Assembly (NCBI GenBank): GCA_013265495.1
Contig: MU058337.1
Span: 5,126,716-5,190,715, forward strand
Length of the DNA stretch: 64,000 nt
Direction: 5' to 3'
Source of the DNA: Vicugna vicugna
Lineage: Eukaryota
Part shown: positions 52,280-64,000 of the stretch, piece after piece
How the letters are laid out: each line of letters begins with the position of its first letter
Position numbering within the stretch: the first letter of the stretch is position 1
Notes under the pieces: generated by a model
Told to the model about the DNA's origin: nothing
The model's input: only the letters and a program-made list of their open reading frames with translations
Database searches by the model: none
Program-made: the position numbers and the translations under genes

Positions 52280-53284
52280 CTGAGAATTTAACAACATCTG
52301 GTTACTTTGTTTTCCAAAGGAACCCATGATGGTAATCAAGAGTCTTAGGAGGGATGTTGGTTCAGGACTGAGCAATAATAAATTCAAACACAAGTATATG
52401 ACTGTGGCTGAGGGGTTATTCTATTTATAAACAGGATAATGACATATGTGAATTTTATTTCAACAACCAACTTTGATAAGTCATTCTAAAAATATTAAAT
52501 TAACTCATAGAGACATTAGGATAGATAGATAAAACAGAAGTCTAGTAAACCACATAATCAAAAAACAGCATGAAAAAACATCCACCAAGCACCTACACAT
52601 TCAAAACACAAAAGCCTAATAAAAATAATTTCCATTTAACTGTATTTTACAACACATAAAACCACCAACTCTGAGTAAGGAATCTTACAGGAAATCCCAC
52701 TAAACATTGCCCTTATACTTATCTGAATTTGATATGTAATAACATTTTATAGATATATTAGATACCACCTTGGAATAAGATTGAGATGAAAAGTAAATAT
52801 ATATTCTGTTTCTTGATGGGGAAATCTGGTTCAAGAATCAATAAGAGTCATATTCATCTACCGCCACAGAAATTTCTCAATCTTTCATGCTCTGAAATCA
52901 ACATTTTGCTGTTCTGATTGCTGTGGTCATTAACTGTATTAAGCCCTGCTGGAAGAAGCCTTCTAACATTTTCATTGACTACGTATTAGACAGAAGTGCA
53001 AAACAGATACAATCCTCAGTCTCTGTCCTCAAGGAACTTAGGAACTGCAAAGCCAAGGCTAATATGCAAAGAGGATTGTGCTGTCTTCAGCCAGAAATGT
53101 TTGTTTGATCTTGTATTAAGTTGAGGGATATAGTCAATGACCGATAGAAATAAGAGGGGACAGATTTTCTGGACTTCTTTGACCTTTAACTGGGACTTGA
53201 AAAATGAGCAGAGTTTGAATGGGTTGCAGGGAGAATAATCTTATGTTATTCAAGATAACAGTACTACGTCTTAATGCCTGAAAT

Positions 53285-53712
53285 TCATAGATCACAGTGG
53301 AGTGGAATCACTGATCTGGGGCCAACGGTCATTCCATGTGACAGCCAAATTCACATGATGAAGTCCAGATGGTCGGTCAGAACGGATGCCATTTGGGCAG
53401 ATTCGGCAGTGTCCGAATCTGTGATTGGCTGTGACTTTAAAACTCCTCTGCATGTGGCCTGGTCCATGAAGTGCTTCTATTCCTGTTATATTTTTCAAAT
53501 TAATTATTCCATTTTACAAACAAAACCTCGCGTGCACCCTAATTGCAATTCATTTTATCAAGTGCACATTACTCTGTTAAACTGATTGCATCATTTTGCA
53601 TTCCTGTCTGGTCCTGCATGATACTGTCAATCTCAGCCAACTGGGTATCACTTACAAGCATAAGTGAGCTCTCCTGCCAACCACCCAGTCTATTTATAAA
53701 AGTATTAAGCCA
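53285..53712 (-). mobile_element. Ancient CR1/L3 LINE reverse-transcriptase remnant
   Basis: Minus-strand translation from about 53709: LNTFINRLGGWQESSLMLVSDTQLAEIDSIMQDQTGMQNDAISLTE*CALDKMNCN*GAREVLFVKWNN. This parallels the recalled CR1 RT motif series FINDL...FADDTKL...IQxDL...W...MxFN..KC.VL. Confidence 0.6.
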
Positions 53713-53789
53713 CATTCTTGAAGTGGCTAAGCTTCTTTTGGTGAATTAAGTATCTCGGTAACTGTAACGACACTTTAATAATATTAGTG

Positions 53790-53863
53790 TATTAGGTTAA
53801 GCCACATGAAATAGCCATTTTTATAAGTTAAGTATCAGCTATTTCTTATGGTTCTTCCCAATA
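53790..53863. mobile_element. MADE2-like Tc1/mariner MITE
   Basis: TATTAGGTTAAGCCACATGAAATAGC...GCTATTTCTTATGGTTCTTCCCAATA: about 75 bp, imperfect terminal inverted repeats, TA ends. Confidence 0.75.
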
Positions 53864-55583
53864 AAAAATTGACTGTAAAGAAAACAAAAATGATTTAGAA
53901 GAAAAGGAAATATCTAGAATAAAAGAATATTCAATGCTTCTTTCATATTGGATGGAATCTCTTAGACTCCAAATTAAGGTATATATAACACAGACGAGTA
54001 GTGGTTTGTGGGTTAAAGTTTACAGATTTTTTAAAGGGAGGAAAATTTGGAAAAATAAAGGAAAAATAAGGAAAATGGACAATTGATAGGGAAAGAACCA
54101 TTCATCCCACACTGACCCAAGGAAGCACCAGTAGAAGCAAAATTTTAGGTGTTTACACCCCAGTTAGTCCACGGAGATCCACTTTCAGAAACTTCTTCCA
54201 TAAAAGGTTCTACGAGAAAATTAACAAGGGAAGGAGAGCCCACATTCTTCGCGTAGTGTGTCACGATACGTATCTACATGCGGAAGCCCATCAGATAGAT
54301 GTCCTTTCATGAGAAAACTATGACTTCATTTAGCTCAGAATATACAAATATTTTTTATTTCCCTCATAACCAATATTAATATTTAGGCACACACTGTGTC
54401 CAGCTGATGTGTTTTCAGCTTTTCCTTTGTCTGAAAAGAATACCATGCCTCTCCCTTCAGCTCTCTTGCTTTACCAGATGCCAGTGGGTTGTGGGAAGGC
54501 TCCCTTATACAGAACTTCCAAAATACGCCCAGAAGTAGACTTAATTAAAGACTTTTAATAGAATCTACTTTTAAAAACAGATCTTTTTTTGGAAAGAATT
54601 CTTTCATTTCTCCTTAAACAAGTCTGTGCACTGGCTAAATCAAAGCCTTTTTATGATCACCTCATGATCTTCAAATGTTATAATCAAGCAATTCTTTGGT
54701 TCTTTTCTCCTCCTCCAACTAAAAGAAGCAGATGGTAGCTTTTTTTTTTATTTCCTTCTCACTTAGTTCGGAAATTAACAAACATGTATTGTTCAATAAA
54801 CTTTAATGTAAATCCTCTAATTGCAAGGACTTTTCCATTAATTCAGTAACACCCTAGGGTACCTCTGCTCTAAGCTGTTATAAAGTGGGCAGTCAATAAA
54901 AGTTGTTGACAGTTTGGTTGACTTGATTGGAAAAAAATGAAATTACTCTCTTGCAAGCAGGTGAAAGGACTTTTTAAGTCATGACATTTTCTACAATACA
55001 AAGAAAAGTACATATCAGGTGTTGGCATGGAGACTAAACTGAGCTCATTACTATCCATTTCTAAAACTTCTTAGTAACTCATGAAGTAGTTTATAAAATT
55101 TTAAAAAGTAACTCATGGACAAGGCAAAGTATTTTTTAAATGGATTATCACTTGATTCCCTTTTAAAACATTAAAATTCTAGATCAGTAGACAGAAAAAT
55201 TGAACTGGAAATAAGGCTATAGGGCAAGCAAGGTATTTTAGGATATAATACTCTGTTACACTGTTCTGACATCCCTACCTCATTCCTGGAGGAAGAAAAA
55301 CTGGACACAGCTCATTGACAAGTAGCTCTTATAGAAATGTGTATTGGTAAGAGGAGGGGCAAACTTCACTGAGATGTGCATTGAGATGATCAAAAAGAAA
55401 GGGAAGGTTACTATAATAGCCACTCACTTGTTCCGAAATCGCTGAAAGGCAAGATATTCGGAGAATAGGAAAACAGCACGACAACAGTGGTAGCCATTGC
55501 TCCAAAGAGAAGGAATATCTTCCTGTGAAAATAGGAACAGTCCAAAATGTGCTGACCCCTGTCCAGGATGGCTTCCTGGTTCT

Positions 55584-55978
55584 CTTTTTATTGAAATACA
55601 GTTGGTTTACAATGTTATGCTAGTTCCTGGTGTACAGCATAGCAATTCAGTTATACATACATATTCTTTTTCATTATATATTATTACAAGCTACTGAATA
55701 TAGTTCCCTGTGTTATTCAGTAGGGCCTTACTGTTTATTTATTTTACATACAATAGTTTGTAGCTGCTAATCCCAAACTCCTAATTCATCCCTCCCCCCC
55801 GCCTTTCCCTTTGGGTAACCATAAGTTTGTTTTCTATGTCTGTGAGTCTCTTTCTGTTTTGTAAATAAGTTCATTTGTTGTCATTTATTTTAGATTCCAC
55901 ATATAAGTCATATTATATGATATTTGTCTTTCTCTGTCTGACTTGCTTCACTTAGGGTGATGATCTCTAGGTCTGTCC
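55584..55978 (-). mobile_element. Cetartiodactyl-type L1 3' end
   Basis: TTTTTATTGAAATACAGTTGGTTTACAATGTT...GGTAACCATAAGTTTGTTTTCTATGTCTGTGAGTC...TTAGATTCCACATATAAGT. Confidence 0.85.
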
Positions 55979-56517
55979 CTCCCCATTCTTGACTCGCAAG
56001 TTATGTCATTCCCCATTCTGAAAGTTTATACTTATCATAATTCACAATAGATAAGTTTCACCTATCATTCAATTGAAAAAATATCCCATTTTTAACCATT
56101 TTAGATAATTTATCTTGTCTTTCTTTTTACATTGGTACGCAGACATTTACTCTGGAAAATAGCTTTACCAAACTACACCATAATGCATAAGATAACAAAT
56201 ATATATTAAACTTCTGAGTTACAAATCACTTTAACTCATAATCTTATTTGATTCTCAAGATGGCATGAAAAAATAGAAAACAAATATTACCACCCTCACT
56301 TACAGAAGAGGAAATTCATGGTCCTTGAAGAATGGATTGTCTTTAAACGGGCCCTCCAAATTTTTAACCAAAATCTCAAGTTGCCCACTCAGCTTGGGTA
56401 CCTACAAACTTGAACAAGAATAAAATCCCCTAACTTCCTGTCCTTTCTTCCTCTTAGGTAACCTTCATCCACACTGCCTCCTTCTTTCCAGCTCCAAAGG
56501 CTGTGTCAAGGTCCACT

Positions 56518-57236
56518 TGTTGTCAAAACACAGCCTCTGGACCCCACTTACTGAACTGAGACTCGAGGTCAGAGTTTTAGATGAAGTAGAAAAGGCAGCT
56601 TTATTTCTTTGCCAGGCAAAGGAAGTCACAGTGGGCTAATGCCTCTAAGACTGTAAGCCTGCTGAGGAGAGAAGGCAGGGGGTTTTATAACAAAGAGTTC
56701 AAAGGGCAGAGCTAATTTCCATAGAGATGGTACAGGGTAACAAATTGTTGCAAAGTTGTTCCTGTTTTTGTAGATGCAGTGGTCCCCTTCCTCTGCTGGG
56801 TATGAAATTCACCTCTGGTTTTGGGACTCTCTTTAAATTCTTGTACCTAAGACAAAGGATGTATAGGAAGGGGCCCCATGGAAAAGAGCTCTGGAGAAAA
56901 ACTTGTGCAGTTTAAGGTCAAGTTGATAAATGCTTTTAGACTTTTAAGCAGGCTGAAGCCTGGGATCTCCTGCTGCAGGCTGGGACCTGCAGATGGAATA
57001 ACAGGATACAAGGAAACCACAAGGGGTCAAGAGCAGGGCACTGAGCATGATCCCAGCACAGAGCAACACCAGAGGGTGGGGCAGACCACCCAAGCCTCCC
57101 TCCTCTCCAGCCCAACCCTGGTCAGCAAGAGCATGAGAAAAAAAACTTTAAACCATCACCAAGTTAAGCAGTTACAAACACTATTACAGATATCAGATGA
57201 TCACCAATGATGACAATAGGGTCCTGCTCAGTTACA
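56518..57236 (-). mobile_element. ERV1-like solo LTR, 719 bp, same orientation as ITGBL1
   Basis: Minus strand begins TGTAACTGAGCAGGACCCTA and ends ...GACAACA (TG...CA). Flanks CACT and CATT form a probable 4-bp TSD. TATAAAA at 56689-56683 is followed by AATAAA at 56605-56600, in U3-R-U5 order. Confidence 0.82.
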
Positions 57237-58221
57237 CATTCCTTTCAAGGAGCCATGATTTCATTGCCATCTGGTACTTTGGGGGACCTACTTCCTCTCT
57301 CTCCTCTGTTTCAACCTCAGCTTCATCATTAGCACCTTCCTCTTATACTGCAAAACTGAACAAGTGTCTCCTGGGCTTTACAAAAGGTAATCAAAACTCC
57401 CGCTATTAAACACATGTCCCTACTTTTGTCTCTATGTCAAGTCAGCTCTCCCTTCTTTATTCAAATCTCCAAATAGGTAGTTTTCATTCCCGGTCTCACT
57501 TTTTATCTACAATCCAATTTTAATCCCATCATTCTATTGACATTTTTCTAACTAAGAAAAATTAATATGCTTTTTATTTCTGAATTCAACTGGCATTTAA
57601 ATCCTTATCTTATTCTTTGCTTCTCAATCCTCTGGCATCTTCCTCTCTTTCTCCCACCCTCCTCTTTGTCCTTCTCTGCCTCCTTGCCCTTCTCCATCAT
57701 GCCTAAACACAGAGCATCAGTGAAACCCATAATCCCCAGTGCATCTCAGACAATACAAGAAAAACAAAGAGGAATAAAACAGACTGGAGCATTTATTCTG
57801 AGGAGAGTTAATTAAACCTAAGATAATCTTTACATTCCTGAATCACACTAAGTTTTAAGCAGGCTTGAACTAAGCTATGGTTAATTGTTTTGTTTTGTTT
57901 TGTTTTTTCCCCTTGGCATTCAGTGAGCATTTGGAAACTAGAAGGAAAGCTCATGAGGACTATCAGAGAAAATTAAAAAAGGAATTAAAAACAATATTTC
58001 CTTTGCTTATCCAGATATCCAAGTTTTAAGTTAAATAAGGTAAAGATAAATCTTCCACATACACATGTATCAGCTTCCTTGAAATTATAAATATACCATC
58101 TATTTTGTTCTGACCTTTGATTTATTTTTTCCACCTAAAGTATATCTTGGAAAACCTTTGTCAAGAACTGGGGAGAGAAGCTGAGATTTGATTTTCCCTT
58201 ATTTGAAACTAACAAATTATC

Positions 58222-58653
58222 CTGCTACATTTTCATGGACTCTGGCATGAAATATGAGTCTCTTGGGTCAGAGTCAAAGAACTTTATTACACACATCAAT
58301 AGCAGTCGCTGAAACATCCATTTGAGTCAGTTATCTAAGCCCCTGTTCACACAGAACAACACAGTGAGGAGCAGGTGATTCTTGCACATGCAGTGGGTTG
58401 TGTTATGAGAGAGACACTTCCAGGGTAGAGAACCTGATTCTTTCATCATGGGGAGTAAGCATGCCTGAACATGCCCTGGAAGGGTACATTATTTTATTAC
58501 ACTAGACTATAAACAAACTTCCCTTTGCTCCAGAGGGGAACGCCAGATCTATCTTCCAAGGTTCTCTGTACAGACATCCATGAGGAGATATTCCAGAATG
58601 GAAGCAATCAGTGCCTGTCTTCATAAAAGGTAACGGAGAATTATCTCCCAACA
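58222..58653 (-). mobile_element. ERVL-class solo LTR (MER54/MER74-like) nested in an old L1
   Basis: TG...CTCCCAACA ends, AAAGAACTTTATTAC (minus-strand AATAAA, 58283-58288) and the CCCTTTGCTCCAGAGGG motif. The family name is tentative. Confidence 0.5.
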
Positions 58654-60500
58654 CCTATTCATATCAACATTTTAGCCCATAGAGATCTATTTCACCCTTT
58701 CTAAGATGTAAAATGTTCCACTGTAGATAGCCACAGCAATGTAGCCATCCTTTCCTAATGCGCACATAACTAGTTTTGATCGTTTACCACTACAAACAAT
58801 GTTGTCATAAGTATTCTTCCTTAAACATGCATCTTTATGCAGAAGTGTAACCAGATCTGTGGGATTATAAGTGCAGTTTATGGAAGAAAGGGTATGCATA
58901 TCATTAAAATTTTAATAGATAAAGACAGATTTGTTTCCAAAACTATACTAAATACACTCCCACCAGCAATGTGTAAGGATACACTTGCCAACACATAACA
59001 TGGAACATTATCAAGTAACTTGTGTTGATCTGAGCATTAAAAATTACATTGGATATATTTGTTGGCATGTGTCAATGATGGATGACATTCAACATCTTTC
59101 TTTTGGTTTATAAATAATTTTTATTTTAAAAACAAAATCACTTTTGTCTCATTTTCTTAAAATTTTCTACTTATATATTTTGCCTAGTTTTCCATTGGGT
59201 TGTTGGGTATTTTCATGATTTTTATGAGCATTAGGTTTTACATGTTAATGAATTTAGTCTTTTGTCTGTCATTATTTTGCAAATATTTAATGACATATAT
59301 AGTTTCTCATACTCCTAAATCATATGATCAAATTCTCTCATGGTTTTCTTCTTGAAAATTTCATTTTATGCATAAATTTGGAATTTTTTTGGTAAGGTAA
59401 GAAAAGTTCATATTTATCTTTCCATGCTGCTAGATAGGTTTTCCAACATTATTAATAAATGGTTGATTCCTTTCTCATTGATTTGAAACACCACTTTTAT
59501 CAAATACTACATTCAACCCTATATAACCTTATATTGATATCTTTGTAAATTTTGTGTTAATGCCAAACTACTTTAAATGCTCAAGTGTAATAATGTGTCT
59601 TTAAAATGTTGGTAGTTCTTGGTCTCTCTTTTGTAGTCTTTGTTTTCAGTATTTATCTTTAGACTCAAGTTGATTTAATTCCAAAAATTAATCTTCTTAC
59701 AACTTTGGGGAGGGAGGACTTAATTACATTAAGTATAAAGATTAATTTAGGGTATATTCACAGATGTACATTAATGTATAATGTAAAACAGTCTATCAAT
59801 TTTAATTAATTGACTATGACGTGTCTCTTATTACTTACAAGAATCATTTTTTTAGATGGATATTTTGTTTTGTTTTCCTTTAGATATTCAACATCTGCAT
59901 AAAGTTAATGATCATTAAACTACTAGAAGTAACTACTTATTTCCTATGTTTAGTTATCTTGTCTTTTACTTATAAAACAGTGTTTAAAATGGTACCAAGA
60001 ATGGATACATGTTCCCTATTCTTCACTTAATACACTAAACTTAATGCTACTTTTAAGAGGAACTGTGATATATATTATTTTCATATACAGAAAATACTAA
60101 TCTATTTTATTTAATTAATTCATCTTTTAAAATCAGAATTGATTGTTAAATTTTATCAAATATCTGTTAAACCTCTCTAGAAATGATCACATGATTTTTT
60201 TTCTAGATTAGCCTATCAATATGGTAAACTATGTTAAAAGATACTAAGATTAAACCAACCTTGCCTTTCTTGTACAGACACCATTGAAAATGGCATAATA
60301 TCTTTTAACATGCTGCTTTTTTTTTTAAGCATTTGGGGATAATGAGAATTTTAAAAATTTAAAATTGTAACTATGGTTAGTAGGCTTATTTAGTGTCTTG
60401 TTTTATCTCTTCTTGTGTTCATTTTAGAAAATGTTAGAAAATCATCCATTTCAACTAGACTTTAAAATTTATATTCATCAAGATTATTTTGTTTACACTA
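58654..60500 (-). mobile_element. Old L1ME-type fragment(s)
   Basis: CACTCCCACCAGCAATGTGTAAG, TTTTCCATTGGGTTGTT and GTTAAATTTTATCAAAT...GAAATGATCACATGATTTTT are antisense ORF2 motifs. Confidence 0.65.
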
Positions 60501-61639
60501 TCAAATCCTTTTGTATGTTTCTAAGGAAGTGTTAATGGGAAATCTTATCTCCTTGAATAGCTTTATTACTAAATAAGAAAGAACACAAAGAAATTAAGCT
60601 TTATAATTAACAAATAAAATAACAAAGTCATAAAAAGACAATTTTTAGGGAAGAAGGATCCATTAAAGATGAAAGTGGATATTAATAAATTAGAAAACAG
60701 TCATACAAACTTGTGAGCCTAATAAATCTAATTGCTAATAAAAGGCAAAGCCATTAGCTACCATAATACAAAAAAAATGAAGATGTTTACAAAATAAATT
60801 TTAAAAAGAAAAAGAAAAATTCTGAGAAAAATAAATAAGTCACTAAATAAGTACATAAAAGATACATAAATAAAGACAGGTTATATAACACACATACAAA
60901 ATTCTGGTAATCATTATTTTGATTATTTTTAAAGTCTTGGTAGGTCACAGTTTTGGTTTATTTTCCTGTTTTACAAGAGTTTCAAGAGAAATTTTTTACA
61001 TCTATAATCAATAGACTTTTTTGTGTGTTTTATTTTATCTAATTTATTATTTTATTTTTAAAGTTATAGAGAACTACTGACCCTACAATATTATTTGAGA
61101 ATATTTTTCTTTCAAATTCTTACACTATTTTTTCTTACTTCACTTGCTATCAACTTCAGTAAAACTGAAGTTGATTTTTGTTTCCTCATTTATATCTAGC
61201 CTGATTCTCCTGTAGAATTATTTTCTTATCTTTCAAGTCCAATAATTCTAACCACACCATACTTTACTTCTGGTTGATCTGCATTTTTTTCTAGAATATG
61301 TTGTCCCCTTTCTATAATGTACACATATTTCAGTGAAGTAATCCTAAATTATATCTTCAAAAATTATTCTGTTCCTCATTTTTATTTTCTCTGCTATAGG
61401 CACACCAATTATGGTTATGTTGGATCTCCTTTTTTTATCCTTCTCCATATGCCATTTCCTAATTTTGGATATAACACTAGGTTATTTCTCATTTCATTGT
61501 TAATATTCTCAAGTCTGTGTTCCTCATTGCTGACTGGCCTGGGGAGCATCTATTCTTTTCTATATATTCATTTCTGTGATATTTATATATCTTCCCAGCC
61601 TCCCCCATATACTGTCAGATAATTTTACCTTCTTCGAGG

Positions 61640-61940
61640 CAGCAGAGCATAAAGCTTAAAGTCATGGACTTTGTAACTGTACTGCTGGTGTATGAATCAA
61701 TCCCCACTATATAGCTTTGTTGTGTGAACTTCAGCAAATTATTTTATTTATATATATATATATATAATATACATAATAATTTCTAAGGTATCTATATATC
61801 TCAGAATTCTTACTTGTAAAATGGGAACAGTAGTATTATTTGCATTATAGAGTTATTGTAAGAATTAAATCAGATGACAATTGTAAAGTGCTTAAGACAA
61901 TGACTGTCACATAATAAGCATTATGTAAGTAATTATTAAA
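61640..61940 (+). mobile_element. MIR SINE with internal AT-rich expansion
   Basis: TGTAAAATGGGAACAGTAGTA...AGAATTAAAT...GTAAAGTGCTTAAGACAATG, with (TA)n at about 61749-61765. Confidence 0.65.
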
Positions 61941-64000
61941 AATCCTTAAAAATTTTTTCTCTATTTTCCTACAATTTCCTCCCTGAGTACTTGCGTCTTT
62001 TCTTTGAGCTCATTGCCTGGAAGCAATATATCCATTATAAAGAATTCTTTCTTTATAATTTTATAACATGAAAAATTATTCATAATTTTTATCAATTTCA
62101 TAGTAAGATGATTCAGGTATTGATTTATTATTTGAGTTTTGTTTATTACTCATGTTCTAGATTTCTTTTTTGTATTATTTTTTCCACAGGTGTCATGCTA
62201 ACTTCTTAATTATTATTCATTACTGAATGAGAGGGAGTTTTCCTAGAATAATTATTTTTGAAAGGATAACGTGGAAAGGAATCAGAGTGAACTTCTCTAT
62301 GAATATTACTTTGCACAAACATGCAAATATTTTATTGTCAATCTCTAAAGGTAAATTTGATGAATTAAATGGTATATGAATATGCAAGTTTAACAGATCT
62401 GGCCATAATGATTTCTAAAATGGCTGTAAATGACTTTTGTTTCGGCCAACAATTGTTAAGTCACTGCTTCTTCTTAACTTGCATTATTTATGCTTCCTCT
62501 TCTGCTTGAAATGCTCCCCAACCCTCAATTGGAAGAAAAACCTTTTCCAGGCTCCCATTACACTATGTACATATCTATTACTTCACTAACCCATAATTAT
62601 CTCTTTACATGGCTCTTTGCCCCACTAAACTGTTATCTTCTTTAGGACCATGACTGTGTCATCTTAATTTTATATCCTTGGTTCCTATCCGATTTTCTGG
62701 CACATAGTATTTACCAAAAAAAAGGATTGATAAATATATAAATGATAAAGGCAGCATAAAATTACTGTCCAGGGACACATCACTGGGAAATAGTAAAAGT
62801 AGAATATAAATCCAGTTTTTTATTCCTACAAATCATATCTTTTCACTATAACTTTCCTCAGTTATATGAATATAAATTAAGGGACTCAAGTCTAGGTCAA
62901 AAACCTGTTTTACATCCTTGAAATTATAATTATCATTCAAATGAGTTGCAAATGACTCAGTCATTTTAATGCTGGCAAAATTATGGTGTATGGTTTGCAT
63001 AGACATTAATAATAAGCTTTAATTCATATGAGATTTTAAAGCTTGGTTCAAATATAGTTTCTATCTAGGTAACTAAAGTTTGACACAGGATTAATAAACC
63101 CTCATAAAAGTACTGCATAATTCTTTTTTTGATTAAGCTGCAACTAAACTATAGATAATTATGACTAAAACTCAATTGCTTACAATGCAAACAATCTTAC
63201 AGAACACCTCTTTCCAAATGAAGATATAGACAATATTTACAGTCCATTCTAAGGTAAACTGACTGGGAATTGATTGTAGCAATTTAATAGTTTGTGATCC
63301 ATATGACAACTTTAATCATCTAGGAAAGGAGAGGAACATTTCTGCTTTACGTGAAAAAAAAGTGTATGTTTTTAAATTAATAGTTTTGTTTAGTTAGGAT
63401 TACTGAATCAACCCAGAATCTAGGAAATTCAGTGAGATTATTATAAGGCTGTATGTTGAATGAAATAAATTGCCCAGTTGTTCAAATTTATCCTTTCATT
63501 TCAACTTAGCTTTTGCCAAAGCCACATCATGGGCCACAGCATCGTCAAATTGCTACATATTGTCAGACCTAACAGTTGAGCTCAAAGCCTTTCTCTGAAA
63601 TGTTACATAGCTCTAAAGACTAAGTTGTACATGAAATTATCTTAATCTAATGTATTTCTATCGCTTAAGATATGTATTCTATTTTTAATTCTGCCTAAAT
63701 TACTCGGCCAAAATTTGTTTTAGTTCTTGGTGTTCTTCTTGGAAAAAAAGAGATAGAAGAGCATGGAGAGTCAGTCTGACTGCCAAGAGGTGCTTTCTGG
63801 CAGTCAGCGCTGATATAACTTTTCCACAGTCAGGGCTGTACCAGTCAATTTGATTAAAATATTATGAATTTCACATATCTCCGGGGACTGATCATGGAAT
63901 GAGACAGGACGTATCACTTGAACACTGTCACCTCTGTATGCCTACCATTCTACTGAAATGTGTGATCACAATCAGGGAGAGAAACATTGGATGCCAGAAT

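Larger units (their letters stand above)
52280..64000 (-). other. ITGBL1: ITGBL1 intron before exon 3 (continues past the right edge)
   Basis: Ends at the CAG acceptor of exon 3. No signal-peptide exon, exon 2 or CpG-island promoter is visible. Confidence 0.75.

Noticed and set aside
53292..53498. ORF with Cys/His residues near exon 3, considered as an extra ITGBL1 exon
   Set aside because: It lacks the 8-Cys I-EGF pattern and convincing splice sites, and lies within the CR1/L3 remnant.
1..64000. Prokaryotic-type systems (CRISPR arrays, operons, defence islands) or an intact provirus
   Set aside because: The sequence is mammalian intron. There are no regularly spaced repeats, no gene-dense ORFs and no gag/pol/env; only solo LTRs are present.

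Overview
AT-rich mammalian genomic DNA, very probably from a camelid (camel/alpaca/llama), judged from three copies of a tRNA-derived Vic-1-type SINE and cetartiodactyl-type L1 3' ends. The whole window lies inside ITGBL1 (integrin beta-like 1, TIED) on the minus strand. Five internal coding exons are present: 52279-52133, 47355-47233, 44899-44759, 41703-41563 and 34201-34055 (exons 3-7 by recalled human numbering). All have AG/GT ends, are phase 1-1 and encode integrin-type cysteine-rich EGF repeats. The first exons lie beyond the right edge and exon 8 onward beyond the left edge. The rest is intron filled with L1, L2, CR1, MIR, MaLR/ERV solo LTRs, hAT and Tc1/mariner MITEs and microsatellites. 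Almost all ORFs in the supplied track are chance ORFs or TE remnants. I found no convincing novel biological system. The best leads are a GC/CpG-shifted exon 7 with Ala/Arg-biased substitutions, a sense-oriented solo LTR with TATA box and splice donor upstream of exon 3, exon/domain off-register architecture, and several mutational or insertional scars. Repeat family names come from recalled consensus motifs, not from a database search.
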